A DNA stretch of 64,000 bases from Felis catus (lineage: Eukaryota). The notes beneath the pieces were generated by a model, which did no database searches, had not been told where the DNA came from, and worked only from the letters and a program-made list of their open reading frames with translations. Positions 50,230-63,852 of this stretch are shown piece after piece. The stretch lies in the NCBI RefSeq assembly GCF_018350175.1, contig NC_058368.1, positions 170,564,001 through 170,628,000 of the forward strand. Direction: 5' to 3'. The stretch's first letter is position 1, and each line of letters starts with the position of its first letter. Both the position numbers and the translations under genes were made by a program.

Positions 50230-51538
50230 GCATTGGTTTTTCTTAAACTTCTTGGTATACTTTTCTCATTAAGCTTCTTTCTTTTGTGTCACACTTTTTA
50301 CCCTCAATGTCCTTTTGTTTTCAAAACTTTTTTGTTTTTCATGCTTTCTAGAATCCTAACTGCCTATTTTCCAACATCTTCTGGAATCTGATTCCACCCT
50401 ACCTATCCAAACCTACTTCTATCATTTCACTGTATTTGCTTATTTTTCTCCCTAGGTTAATCTCTACCATTCCATACAAACATGCTAGGCTCATTCCCAC
50501 CTTAAGCGTTCCATTTCTAACTTCCCAATACTTTTTGCATTGCTCTTTGTCTATCCAAACTCTACCCATTCTTCATACTCTAGATGAAGGACTATCCCAT
50601 AAACATTCCCAGTTCTCTTAGCCTTTCTTCTCCATATTTCAAAACTCCAACGATATTTATGACCAATAATGGACACCTTAATCGATAATTATGTACTATT
50701 TTGTGTTGCTGACCATAATTCATGACCATTCATCTTACCACCCAGAGTAAATTATAATCTTTTTGAGGGCAGTGGCCATGACTTAAGCTGTCCAATATAA
50801 TCCATAGCATCTTGCACAGTGCTTAGCACAGAGGAAACTGAGGGTTGCAAATGCTGGCTATAAATAAATAAAGCCAATAAACTTGATTTATTTGGCCTGA
50901 AAATAGCTCTTTTAAAATGAAGTATTAATGCCTTAGGCTGTGCATGTTTACTTCTCATCACAGACTTCTTTGTTGTACTGTAGTTAGGATGGATTTATAC
51001 TTTTAACTTACCTGGTAGACAAGTCTGTTTGTGATATTACAGGGTTTCAGTATGGGTTAGCTGACCATTTCCTATACAAGAGGCAAGGTGAAATGATAAC
51101 CAGATGAGCATAAAACATGGCTGATTTCAGTTTTCAGTCAGGAAATTAGTTCATTTGGGGAATGGGAATATTCTGGCTCTGTTGCTTAAATGTCAGGACA
51201 AGAGCACTTCTGTTTTTATAACTGAGTGACAAGAAGAGTTAGCACTTATCCCATCTGCAAGGGAGGCCGAGACACTGAGTACTTTTCACTGGACACATTC
51301 ATACTTTGAACAAAGATAGGGTTATTCATTTAAGAAAGAGGAAATGGATATTGGTTAGGCAATGGCAGTCAGCCATAATATAACTTTTTAAAAGTAGAAG
51401 TAATTTAAAAATTCACAGGATTGAGTTTTATATCTTCAGAATCATTAGAATTTTCCCAATTACTTACTTATAGACAAAAAGTAAAATGTATTGAGTAATG
51501 TATACATTTAAAATTTATGTATAAGAATGGGCCCTAGA

Positions 51539-53702
51539 TGGTCAGAAGCAAGATAGGGATGTCCACTCTCACCACTTTAACATAGTACTGGAGGTCCTAG
51601 CCTCAGTAATCAGACAACAAAAAGAAATAAATGGCATCCAAATCAGCAAGGAAAGAGTCAGACTCTCACTGTTTGCAAATGAGGTGATACTCTGTATAGA
51701 AAACCCAAAGACTGCACCAGAAAAGACTAGAGTTGATACATGGGTTCAGTAAAGTCACATATAAAATCAATGTAAAGAAATCAGTTACATTTCCATACAC
51801 CAACAGTGAAGCAGCAGAAAGAAATCAAGGAATCTATCCCATTTATAATTGCACCAAAACCCATAAAATTCCTAGGAATAAACCCAACCAAAGAGGTAAA
51901 AGATGTGTATTCAGAAAACTATAAAACACTGATGAAGTAACTGAAGATGACACAAAGAAATGGAAAGACATTCCATGCTCATGGATTGGAAGAGCAAATA
52001 TTGTTAAAATGTCTGTGCTACCCAGAGCAATCTACACATTTAATGCAATCTCCATCAAAATACCTCCAGCATTTTTGACAGATCTAGAATGAACAAACAA
52101 TCCTATAATTTGTGTGGAACCACAAAAGACCTTGAATACCCAAAGCAGTCTTGAAAAAGAAAAGCAAAGCTGGAGGCATCACAATCCTGGAGTTCAAGTT
52201 ATATTACAAAGTTGTAGTGATCAAGATGGTATGGTACTGGCACGAAAACAGACACATAGATCTGTAGAACAGAATAGAAAATCCAGAAATGAACCCACAG
52301 CTATATGGTCAACTCATCTTCAACAAAGCAGGAAAGAATATCCAATGGAAAAAAGACAATCTCTTCAACAAATGGTGTTGGGAAAACTGGATAGCAATGT
52401 GCAAAAGAATGAACCTGGACCACTTTCTTATACCATACACAGAAATAAATTCAAAATGGATGAAAGACCTAAATGTAAGACAGGAAACCATCAAAATCCC
52501 AAAGGAGAACACAGGCAGTAACCTCTTTGACCTTGGCCATAGCAACTTCTTACTACATATATCTCTTGAGGCAAGGGAAACAAAAGCAAAAATAATCTAT
52601 TGGGACTTCATCAAGATACAAATCTTTGGCACCGTGAAGGAAACAATCAACAAAACTAAAATGCAACCTATGGAATGGGAGAATATATTTGCTAATGACA
52701 CAGCTGATAAAATGTTAGTATCCAAAATATATATAAAGAACTTATAAAACTTGAACACCCCAAAAATGAATAATCCAATTAAAAAATGGGCAGAAGACAT
52801 GAATAGATATTTTTCCAAAGAAGACATTCAAATGTGGCTAACAGACACATGAAAATATGCTCAGCATCACTCATCATCAGGGAAGAAATACAAATCAAAA
52901 CTACAATGACATCTCACTTTACACCAGTCAGAATGGCTAAAATTAACAACATAGGAAACAACAGGTGTTAGTGAGGATGGAGAGAAAGGGGAACCCTCTT
53001 ACACTGTTGGTAGGAATGCAAACTGGTGCAGCCACTCTGAAAAACAGTATGAAGTTTCCTCAAAAAGTTAAAAATAGAACTACCCTATGATTCAGCAATT
53101 GTACTACTGGGTATTTACCCAAAGAATACAAAAACATTAATTCAAAGGGAGACATGCACCCTGATGTTTATAGCAGCATTATCAACAACAGCCAAATTAT
53201 GGAAAGAACCCAGATGTCCACCAACTGATGAATGGATGAAGAAGATGTGGTATATAGACACAATGGAATATTACTCAGGCATAAAAAAAAGAGTGAAATC
53301 TTGCCATTTGCAACAGCATGGATGGAGCTAGAGAGTATAATGCTAAGCTAAATAAGTCAGAGAAAGACAAATACCATACAATTTCACTCATATATGCAAA
53401 TTAAGAAACAAAATAGATGAACATATGAGAAAAGAAAAAGAGAGAGGCACTCCGGGTAACAGACTCTTAACAATAGAAAACAAACTGAGGGTTACTGGAA
53501 GGGAGATGGGCAGGGGGATGGGCTAAATGGGTGATAGGTTAAGGAGGGTGCTTGTAGTGATGAGTACTGAATGTTGTATGTTAAGTGATGAATCCCTGAA
53601 TTCTACACTTGAAACTAATATTATACTGTATATTAACTAACTGGAATGTAAATAGATAAAAACTTATAAAATAAACATAAATCCTATAACTATGGAAAAA
53701 AA
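51539..53702 (+). mobile_element. 5'-truncated carnivore L1 (about 2.2 kb): degraded ORF2 from the RT domain to the C-terminus, plus 3' UTR
   Basis: RT-region remnants (gggatgtccactctcacca, ctctcactgtttgcaaatgag); ORF 52289-52747 is ORF2; perfect 16-bp TSD aagaatgggccctaga (51523-51538 / 53703-53718). Confidence 0.96.
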
Positions 53703-53718
53703 AAGAATGGGCCCTAGA

Positions 53719-54050
53719 CACAGAAAAAACTGCATGATCTCATTTATATGTGGAATCTTAAAAAGTCAAATATATAGAAGTAGAGGGCAGAATGGTGGAT
53801 ACCAGGGTGGGGAAGATGGAGAGGTGTTGATCAAAGGGTACAAAGTTGCAGTTATGTAGGATGAATAAATCTAGAGATTTAATATACAGCATGATGACTA
53901 TAGTTAATAATGTTGTATTCGATCTTGGAAATTTGATCACAGAGTAGGTTCCAGATGCTCTCATAACAAAAAATAGGTGACTATATTAATTAATTTGGCT
54001 GTAGTAATCACTTCACTATGTATGTGTATATCAAATCATGTTGTACACCA
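53719..54050 (+). mobile_element. Older L1MA-type 3' UTR fragment
   Basis: tgcatgatctcatttatatgtggaatct...caaagggtacaaagttgcagttatg...tatcaaatcatgttgtacacc. Confidence 0.8.
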
Positions 54051-56059
54051 TATGGAAAATGGCCAACAGTCCAATGTAAATGGTCAAAGGATGTGAACAG
54101 GTAATTAGGAAATTCAGGCAGATTAGGAAGTTTATATAGCCTCTGAACATACAAAATGATGCTCAACTTTAGTCTTAATAAAAAGAAAATGCAAATTAGC
54201 AATAACAAAAAGGACCCTAAAATGTAGGTTTCTGCACCTTTGGGTATATTTAGAATGATAATAGCTGAGTCACCACATGAGAACCTATTCTCATAATTTA
54301 TATAAATCAAATATATCAGAAATGTATATAAATGAGTAAAAACCATACCAAAAGTATGAAAATAAAATAGATCAAAATAACACATTGGCTGACCAATCTC
54401 AGTGTGAACAATTTATCCTAAGGGGTAAATTATAGGATATTTGAGATGTGTATTTATTGATTGATAAGATATTAAAAAGATACAAAGTCAGAAAAATGAG
54501 CTTTCAAATGTGTAAGATAATTTTACTTTCATTACAAAATTTTATGTATACATGTAATAATATATGAAAGGTTGTTAGGTGGAAAATTTATTTTCCTTAC
54601 ATTTTCATGAAATGAGAGTTTATCATGAATAAATATAATATTATGATATAAAAAACTTCGTAAAGTTTGCTTTATGGGAGAGATATTAAAAAATATATAC
54701 ATTATGAAACCAGAACAGAATGGCCTCCTAGTTGAAGAAATAGAAATAACTATCTTATTTTACTATAAAGTGGAATACATTTACTATAATATTTTAGTTA
54801 TAGTAAGAATTAGCCTTCACAATAGTAAGAAATAGTAGGTAATAATGAAAATGAATGATGTTCAATTATTAAGTCATTAGACCTAAATATGGTAATTTAT
54901 TCTTTTATTTAACAAAGAGAAAGAACAATTTAAAGTGTTTCTCTTTATATAAAAAAATGCCAAGAATTAAGGGTCAAAATTAAAATGTTTGACAGCATTC
55001 TCTTTAATATGCTTTCTAGGATTTAATTTCATTGCATTAACCTTTACACTATAATCAGAAGCAGAGTTATATAAAAGAGTGAAGCTAGAACTTAGATTAC
55101 TCTGGCAATCCTCTATAAAACATTTTTTTGGTTTTTCTCCAAAGCAAATTTTAAAATATTTTAAAAACCAGAGGGAAGATCTTTAATAAGTTACCTAATT
55201 TTTGATTTCTGTAGAAGTAAAGGAATTCAGATATAAAAGAAAAAGGAATATCAGGAACATTGTTCAAGACTGTAAGCTGTATTTTAAAAATTAAAAAATA
55301 TATACTTGGAAAATACTTAAAATCTCACTTTAAGCTTGTACTTGATGAATCACAAAATAGGACTGTGAAATTCACCTTACACTCTAACTTGTCTTGCAGA
55401 GAAAATGTGGTTTATTTAGCCTAAAGCTACTCCTGCCTTTATCCTGAGTGCTAAGATTGACGCCTCCTACTGAAACCAGAAACCTGCCAAGTAGGTTTAG
55501 GCAGGAGTCTTCTTCTGTCCTTACTGTTCCAACACTTCCTCTTCTCTGGGCCAATACTAGATAGAGCAGACACCTGATAATGTCACTCTTTCCTCCTTTT
55601 ATCTTTTCCTTCTCTTTCTCTCCTCCAGAAGCTGGAAGGCATGGGATTTCCTCACATTACCTTTCCAGTCTTCTCTCCCCACAGTGACGATGCTCAAGAA
55701 GGAGGTAAAGGAAGTAGGAAGGTCCTTGCTTAAGGCAGAAGCCTGGCTTGCAATATAATTTTTCTCATGTGATAGCCTATTTTGAATGGCAAATGCCAAA
55801 TATTACGTAATTCTTTCTAGTAAAGGAGAAGTCTGATTCATGCTGTTCTATTTGAAATTCAGATTTATTTCCAAGTTTATGCTTCCTATTTACCATGCTT
55901 TTCCTTTTCTTTTTTATTGCCTTGTATTAGAATAATTGAGGTTTTATTATTCCACTTTTCCCTCCTCTACAGATTTGAAAGTTCTGTTTTCTATTTTTAT
56001 TCTTTTAATATTTACCCATACATTTGTAATAAAAATCTGGTTTTAAAAGTCCAAAGTTA

Positions 56060-56296
56060 GGGGTGCCTGGGTGGCTCAGCTGGTTAAACATCCAACTTCA
56101 GCTCAGGTCATGATGTTGCAGTTTGTGAGTTCCAGCCCCAAGTCGAGCTCTGTGCTGATAGCTCAGAGTCTGGAGCCTGCTTTGGATTCTGTGTCTCCCT
56201 CCCTCTCTGCCCCTCCCCAGCTCGTGCTCTTTCTCTCTGTCTCTCAAAAATAAATAAACATTTAAAAAATTAAAAAGTAAAATAAAATAAAAATTA
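56060..56296 (+). mobile_element. SINEC_Fc
   Basis: TSD aaaagt(c/t)caaagtta. Confidence 0.93.
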
Positions 56297-56769
56297 ATTA
56301 AAGTTCAAAGTTAATCAACAATTCCATCCACCTCTTATCAATACAAAACTTAACATGTTAAATCTAATCATTCCATGTCAGTGCGCTCCTGTGTTTTAGT
56401 AATATCTTGTTTTTAAATGTCTTCCCAGATTAGTCAGTAGCCTTTTAATCAGTGTTCATTTAAAACTTCTCATAAGTATCAGTTTCTCTACCTATCATTG
56501 ATTTATGTTTATAGTGAAAAAAACCTTTATTATAGATTTGGTCATATAATTAATAAATACACATTGTAAAAAATTCAAACAATGCATGTACATATGAGAA
56601 ATAAAATTTTAAAATTTACCTGAAATCCCACACCCTGAGAGAATCCCATTAACATTTAAAAGACAAATCTTTTATTCATCTTTTTACTCCCAGGTGCATG
56701 AGGACAGAGCATATATGACTTTTTTCTTTCCTAATATGGAAACTCTTTTTCAAAATATAGTCTTACGAA

Positions 56770-56773
<4 letters not shown>

Positions 56774-56811
<38 letters not shown>
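56774..56811. repeat. (TG)n microsatellite
   Basis: Seen directly. Confidence 0.95.
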
Positions 56812-56813
<2 letters not shown>

Positions 56814-57517
56814 CTTTTTCTCTTCATTTTTCCATTCTATGGCACCCACCCACTCCAACAACCAGTGTTATCAACATGCTGATAATCAACATATATGCAT
56901 GCACACAAACACACGTAGTTCATTTTATAAATATGAAATCATAATTTATATATTTTGCATGGATTTGCTCAATAATACACATTGCAAGTCTCTCTGAATT
57001 AGCTGATATAAATCCAATTCTGTTCTTTTTAATTGCCGTATTATTTTGCGGTGGGAATGAAGGACAACACATTTACCATTCATCTTTTAATTGAAATTTA
57101 AGTTGCTTCCCATGTTCTTAAAGCCAGGAGTGATATTAAAATAAACATTTTGTACATAACTCCTGCCAACTAATTGTTTTATTTTTATGGAATTAAAGGG
57201 GTTGTTAGATCTAAGGGTATGTGTATTTTTAAAATTTAATTACAATATAACATAGTAAAATGTGAAAACATCATAAATGTATACAGATCACTGAATTTTC
57301 ATAGATTTTACACACCTGTGTAATGGTATTTAGTTCAAAGAATAGAAGTTTACCAGCCCACCCCCCCTCCTGAAAGTCCCCTTTATGGTATTTACCAGTT
57401 ACAGTTCCCACAAGGAAAATCATTTGCTTCATTTCTAACTGCTACATACTTTACTGCATCTTTTGTACTTTAAGTAGAATTATGTAGTACGTATTTTTTT
57501 GTGTCTGACTTCACTTT

Positions 57518-57735
57518 TTAAAATTTTTTTTAATGTTTGTTTATTTTTGAGAGAAAGAGAAGTAGAGTGTGGGTGGGGGAGGGGCACGGAGAAAAGGAGA
57601 CACAGACTATGAAGCAGGCTTCAGACTCTGAGTTGTCAGCACAGAGCCTGACGCAGGGCTCGAACCCATGAACTGTGAGATCATGACCTGAGCTGAAGTC
57701 GGACGCTTAACTGACTGAGCCACCCAGGCGACCCC
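57518..57735 (-). mobile_element. SINEC_Fc
   Basis: TSD gacttcactttt. Confidence 0.95.
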
Positions 57736-58479
57736 GACTTCACTTTTCAACATTATGTTTGTGAGATTTCTTTATACTATTGTGTGTGGTTGTGAATAAT
57801 TTATTCTCACTGCATATATGATTCAGGTTTATGAAAATACCACACTATTTACTTATCTGTTTCAGTACATCTTTGGTGAAGTTATGTGGGCATTGTATTA
57901 ATCTAAGAGTGAAATTGTGGGTCGTGTATAATATGCATATGTTCAGCTTTAAGAGATACTGCTACATGATTCACAACATAGTTGTGCCGTTTTTCACTCC
58001 AGCCAGCAATGCTTGAATCTGATTTCCCACATACTCCTGATGTTTGCTATCTTGTCTCTTTATTTTAGTCTGGCAGGTGTTGCATTGTATTTTAAATTTC
58101 AGTTTGCATTTTCCTGATTATTAAGGAAGTGTTAATATGTTTATTGGTCATTTGAATACTCTATTTTGGGAAATATATGTCTTTTGTCCATAATTCTATT
58201 TGGTTGACTATCTTTTTCATACTGATTTGTAGGAGTTGTTTATATTCCTGATATGAGTTGATTTATATATATGCTTTTCCATCCTATGGCTTGCTTTTAG
58301 AAAAAAGGCTCTTAAAGTATCTTGATGCCCAGAAGGATATCATATTTTAATATAGTTCAATATATCAATTTTTTGGCTTTTTGTCCCACTTTAAGAAATA
58401 TTTCCTAACTTGATAGCCTTAAAGATATTCCCTGTGTTTTTCTCTTAAAGCCTTATTTTGTTGCATTTTACTTAAAAAA

Positions 58480-58673
58480 TTTTTTTGTAAGTTTATTTAT
58501 TTTGAAAGAGAGAGTAAGCATGGGTAGGGCAGTGGCAGAGTAAGATGGAGAGAGAGAGAATCCCAAGCAGGCTCTGTGCTGACAGCACAGAGTGCTGGTG
58601 TGGGGCTCCATCTCATGACCTGAGCCGAAACCAAGAGTCAGATACTTTACTGACTGAGCCACCCAGGCGCCCC
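58480..58673 (-). mobile_element. Can-SINE
   Basis: Head ends acccaggcgcccc. Confidence 0.9.
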
Positions 58674-60490
58674 TGCCTATTGCTTTTAAATGTAAAATCC
58701 ACCTGAAATTGATTCTTATGTATGGTGTGAGGGAGAGTCAAAATACATCTTTTTTATATGGATATCCAATTGACTATAGTATATTGAAAAGGCATAATGT
58801 CATTTTTGCCAGAAATTAAATATGTTTTTCCCCCCCACTGGTCAATTTGCATCTTTGTGTGGATACCACATTGTTTTAATTAATACACCTTTTAAAACAC
58901 ATTGATCTCTCTTTGTAATTTCTCCACCTCATTCTTTAAAATAGCTTTGACTCTTTCTAGTTCTTTGTATTTCTATATGGATTTTGAAAGGAGTTTGTTA
59001 ATTTTTTTTGCAAAAAAACAAAAAAGATAACCTGTTGATTTTTTGACTAGGATTGAACTGAATCTATAAGTTAACTTGAGGAAAATTGACACTGATGTCT
59101 TTTCACTGTGGCGTTTTCTGATTTATATGCATGGCTTATTCCATTGTATGTATTTCTTCTTTAATTTCTGTCAGTACTGTTTTTGTAGCTTTTGTATAGA
59201 AATATCACCCACTATATGCTCAATCTATTCCTAGCATAGGTATTTGGTGAGTTTTGATAATATTGTAAATGATCCTATTTTATTTTCTTTTGTTGTTGTT
59301 GTTGTTGCTTATATGTAGAAATATAATTAAATTTTGTACATTAATCTTGTATCCAGCAATCTTCCTATATTCACTTATTAGTTCTAATGTGATGAAGATT
59401 AAATGAGTTAGTGCCTGTAAATCACGTAGCATCATGCCTAAGAAGAACAAGTACTTAATAAATTTTAGTGTATTAAGAGATTTCTCTTACTAGATTGGGT
59501 GTTGATTATTAAGGTCTCTTCTAACTCGGAGACTCTATTGATAACATTACAGATAAGGCTATACTCCTTATAAATTACACTTTCCCAATAGTATACATCT
59601 CAAGTCACAACTAAAAATAGTATGAGGGGAGAGGGAATTTTAAGGATGGTGATCATACTCTTCCTCAAGAGAAGCATTATTGCATTGTAGAGAAAGAAAT
59701 CAAGTTTGACTCGTACCAATAAGCTGTGTAGGTAGCTAATATCAATTACAATGCAATTGATGCCAATGGCATTGTAACAAAGCTTATTATTGTTAACCAT
59801 AAATTAACTATGTGATCTTAGTGAAATTATGCTTTTATATTCTTAGTTCCTGTAATTATAAAATGATAATATATTATCCTTCTCAAACATTTGGAATGGG
59901 GATTATCTATGTATTGAGCATGACAGCATCTGGTGCAAAGTAGGTATTCCATAAATTATGTTATTATTATTTATTCTAAAGTATAAGCTTCACAGAAAAA
60001 CAAACTGTATTTTAGAGCCAAAGTTGGAAATAAAACACCTATATTTCTATTTATAAAGGCCATTTCCTAGTTGGCCCCAAATTATGTTATTTCATGTTAC
60101 AACTCTCATAGTATTCTTATATAACTAGTACTAATATATGAAGAAAAATGTTGGAGATTAGTTGATGTGTAGAAATTGGTTATAAGGCTGTAATTTAATC
60201 AGGGAATTCTAACACAGTGTCATAAACCAAAAGTATGAAATAGTTTGCTAATAGTTCGTTGGCAACTTGAGTAAAATTATGACATAAGTAATCTATTCTT
60301 TGTTACAAGGCAAAGAAAAAGCATCACATTTTATAAATTTTTTAATTTGATACTAATGGAAAAGTTTAATTGAATTCTAATCCCCTTGGGTGTTGTATGT
60401 GGTATAAAATAATAATAATGAAGAATTAAAACATTAAGTGTTTGAAATTTTTAAATGTGCATGTCCATTAAGATATAAAAGTATAATTAC

Positions 60491-61289
60491 TGATACTTTC
60501 TGTTTATTAGCTTTTATCTTTTAGCCTCAAACATACCCTTCTGTACTCTTCTCTGTGATCCTGGGGATACAACTTTGCAAACCGCATTTCTTCTTTGCCA
60601 TCTGTGACTTCCTGCAAAATTAGGGCACAGGAGGCAGAAGGCAAAACTAGAGACAGGAAAAGGGACTTGCTCCTTCCAGTTTTGCTTCCTCCTCATGTCA
60701 GTGTCATGGCAGGAATAGTTTTTCACCCTGGTAGTGCCAGTTTATTTCTAATCCTCCCAGAACTGGCCTCATTTGTGTCCTCAGAGATATCAGTACCAAC
60801 TTGCAGCTGCCCCCTTAGTGTCCCTTCCTTAGACTTCTGAGTCCCAGTCACATAGGTCTCTCTCCTGAGCTCCGGGGATACCAGCACCAGTTGGCCAGTT
60901 GTAATAACTTCATCCTTTTTCTTTGTTCCTCCAGCTGTAAAGATAAGTTGCTTTCTGTAATTCCTTTATCTGCTGCTTTAGTGGTTCCTTTTACCTTTCA
61001 GTCATCCAATAACTCTTTTTTTTAATGTTTATTTAGTTTTGAGAGAGAGCATGCATGAGAGGGGGCAGAGGATCCCAAGGGTGCTCCCTGATGACAGGAG
61101 AAAGTCCAATGCGGGGCTCAGATTCACAAACCATGAGATCCTGACCTGAACTGAAGTCAGACGCTTAACTGACTGAGCCACCCATGCACCCCAGTCATCC
61201 AATAACTCTTTAACCATTTCCTTAAATTAAATTTACTCTGTTAAAATAACTGTGGTTTCTGTTCCCACAACTAGACCCTGACTTATATA
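60491..61289 (+). mobile_element. Old ERVL-type solo LTR (LTR33/LTR41-like) interrupted by a SINE
   Basis: 'ctctgtgatcctgggg...tgcaaaccgcatttc' start and 'ttaaatt...ctctgttaaaataact...gtttctgtt...gaccctgact' end resemble that group (from memory). Confidence 0.6.
61019..61192 (-). mobile_element. Can-SINE
   Basis: TSD cagtcatccaataactcttt. Confidence 0.93.
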
Positions 61290-61568
61290 TTCAGTATTTG
61301 AAGAAGATAAGTAAATTAAAAAATTGAATAAGGTGAGTAAAAGGTATACAGATTTTTAAAGTTTATTAATGTAGATGACAGTAAAAATATACAGAATAGA
61401 AAAAAAAGTGAATTGTAATCCTAATTTGGGGGGATTAGGAAAGAAATTCATACGTTCAATAATGTGTGCATAATAAAAAAGTATAAAATGACTAAATTTT
61501 TTAACATGTTTTCCATGAAAAGTTTTGGGAAAAGCCTCTTGATTAGTACTGATTATGCCTCACCTTAC

Positions 61569-61658
61569 AGAATCTGTGTTTGTTATTTCAGAGTGGGTTT
61601 TTGCAAGGCCCCAAGTTGTCACTGAATTGACTGCCCCTGGAGATTCCTCATTCACCAT
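61569..61658 (-). CDS. Candidate alternative first coding exon MVNEESPGAVNSVTTWGLAKTHSEITNTDS| (phase 0)
   Basis: agaggcATGG strong context, 30 open codons, TCT|gtaagg; a competing donor AAG|gtgagg 5 nt further would give phase 2. Confidence 0.45.
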
Positions 61659-62455
61659 GCCTCTGGTTATATACTTTCAAGGCTGGGTCCCTATAAACTT
61701 GTGAGATATAACTTAAGGGTCTGATTTTAATTGTTTTTTTCTCCTAATAAGTCATTTTTATTTTATGAGTCTCAGAAGTGCAAGAGAAAGAAGCATTAGA
61801 AATGCACAAAATCATTGACATTCTGTGAAGAGAATTTGTTCAAATAGATGCCACTGCATTCAAGTACAATTTGTTACAGCATTCTGCTAAAGATGTTTCC
61901 ACTTACCCACTAATCCAAATAACATCTTCCTTTGTGAAATGCCCATTCTGTCTATTAACTATGTGATCTTTCCACAGTGATATTAATAGGACCAATCCCT
62001 TTTTTTGTTATTGGAATCATCCTTTTGAAATTTGAACCATAGTTAAGTTTCAATAGAAATGTCATCAGAAGACCTAAATGTTTGTACATGAAACACTGAT
62101 ATTATTCCTTCTCAATTTCATTTAAATCTTTTTGCATTGGAGATTTTATATAGTATACATATATAATGTATATCAAGTTTAAGCCCAATTAAATCTAAGA
62201 TTAGGTAGTTAACTGTAATATTGAAAATAACAGCTATTTAATGTTCACAGTTCCTAGGAATTTAGGTTTCTGGTGGATTATAGATTATTATTTGGTCAAG
62301 CAAAGCACGTAGTGGAGGGATGATAAGTTAAAACAAACATCTTGCCCTGAAAGTGCTTAATGCTCCTAAAACAAATTAAGTCATGTATATAAATAGCCGT
62401 AATATGAAGTAGAAAAATTGACAAGAGGAATATATTTGCTTTAAAATAGTGCTGT

Positions 62456-62720
62456 GGGGCACCTGGGTGGCTCAGTCAGTTGAGGGTCCTACTTCAGCTC
62501 AGGTCATGATCTCACAGTTTGTGAGTCAAGCCCCACGTCAGGCTGTGTGCTGACAGCTCAGAGCCTGGAGCCTGTTTCAGATTCTGTGTCTCCATCTCTC
62601 TCTGCCCCTCTCCTGCTTGTGCTCTCTCTCTCTCTCTCTGTCTCTCTCTCTGTCTCTCTGTCTCTGCCTCAAAACAAAACAAAACAAAACATTAAAAAAA
62701 TAAAATAAATACAATAAAAT
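62456..62720 (+). mobile_element. SINEC_Fc
   Basis: TSD aaatagt(g/t)ctgtg. Confidence 0.93.
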
Positions 62721-62735
62721 AAATAGTTCTGTGGA

Positions 62736-62938
62736 GGGGTGCCTGGGTGTCTCAGTTGGTAAGCATCTGACTCTTGATTTTGGCTCAGGTCATGATCTCA
62801 GGGTTCAAGTTCGAGCCCTCCAGCAGGCTCTGCACTGACAGTGAAGAGTCTGCTTGGGAGTCTCTCTCTCCTTTTCTCTGCCCCTCCCCTGCTCACGCAT
62901 GCACTCTCTCTTAAAATAAATAAGTAAACATTAAAAAA
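62736..62938 (+). mobile_element. Can-SINE in tandem at the same target site
   Basis: Followed by a third target copy aaatagtgctatg. Confidence 0.92.
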
Positions 62939-63627
62939 AATAGTGCTATGAAAACTTGGAGTCTAAAGAAAATTACTTCCAGTATGTGATGAGAGAAGGC
63001 TTTCTCTTAGCATATAGTGTTTGGCTCAATCCTGGAAAACTGACAGTGGGGGAAGCACATTCTAGGCAGGGTGAATAGCACCTGAGTAAAGGCAAGGGAT
63101 GAGATTGGGAAGTACAACCTTTTAGAAGGGGTCAGGGAGAAAATATGTTGGCAGGGAATTAAAGAGAATAGGGAAAGTGAAATGAAAAGTAAATTCACAA
63201 AATTTTTTGCTCAAGGCTTATGGATTGGTACTTAGCTGGTATGGTTTAACTTTGGTATATAACCCTAAGGTAATCATAACCATTACCATAGCTGTTAACC
63301 ATAATCATAACCAAAATCGCAATCACACCTATACACATGTCCAAATCTTTGGGAAATCACATGGATTTGTGGCTCTCAATTCTATAGGATCAGATACTTC
63401 GTTCACTCTTCTTTAATTACATTAGAGATAATACAACCTAAAACTACATACTTTTGAAAAATCAATATAATGCCCCAACTCTATTAAAAGTGGACAGTAG
63501 TTCATGAAACAATGTAAATTTCACTATGAAAATATTGAATATGACTGTAACAGAAAACATAATGAAGAAGCCAAATATTTGCCTGTTATCATAATGAATA
63601 AGTTTGCACTTAAGAGAAGTTGATGTA

Positions 63628-63852
63628 GGAGCATCTGGGTGACTCAGTTGTTTGAGCATCTAATTCTTGGTTTTGGCTCAGGTCATGGTCTCACGATTCA
63701 TCAGTTCAAACCCCCATCAGGCTCTGTGCTGACAGTGCAAAACCTGCTTCAGATTCTCTGTCTCTCTTTATCTCTGGCCCGCCCCCAGTCATGTTCCCTC
63801 TCTCTCTCTCTTTCTCTTTCTGTCTCTGTCTCTCTCAAACATAAATAAATAC
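63628..63852 (+). mobile_element. Can-SINE
   Basis: TSD aagagaagttgat(g/c)ta. Confidence 0.92.

Larger units (their letters stand above)
57230..59390 (-). mobile_element. Old L1M fragments interrupted by two SINEs
   Basis: 'gtgagatt...tattgtgtgtggttg', 'ttgcattttcctgattattaagga', 'ggattgaactgaatctata', 'ttaatcttgtatccagcaa' are typical reverse L1ME/MC motifs. Confidence 0.65.

Noticed and set aside
61592..61700. Plus-strand exon-like segment (ttatttcag...ctt|gtgaga)
   Set aside because: No partner plus-strand exons found; overlaps the better-supported minus-strand ATG exon
63270..63330. Degenerate (AACCAT)n hexamer with one TAACCCTA
   Set aside because: Too degenerate to call an interstitial telomeric repeat
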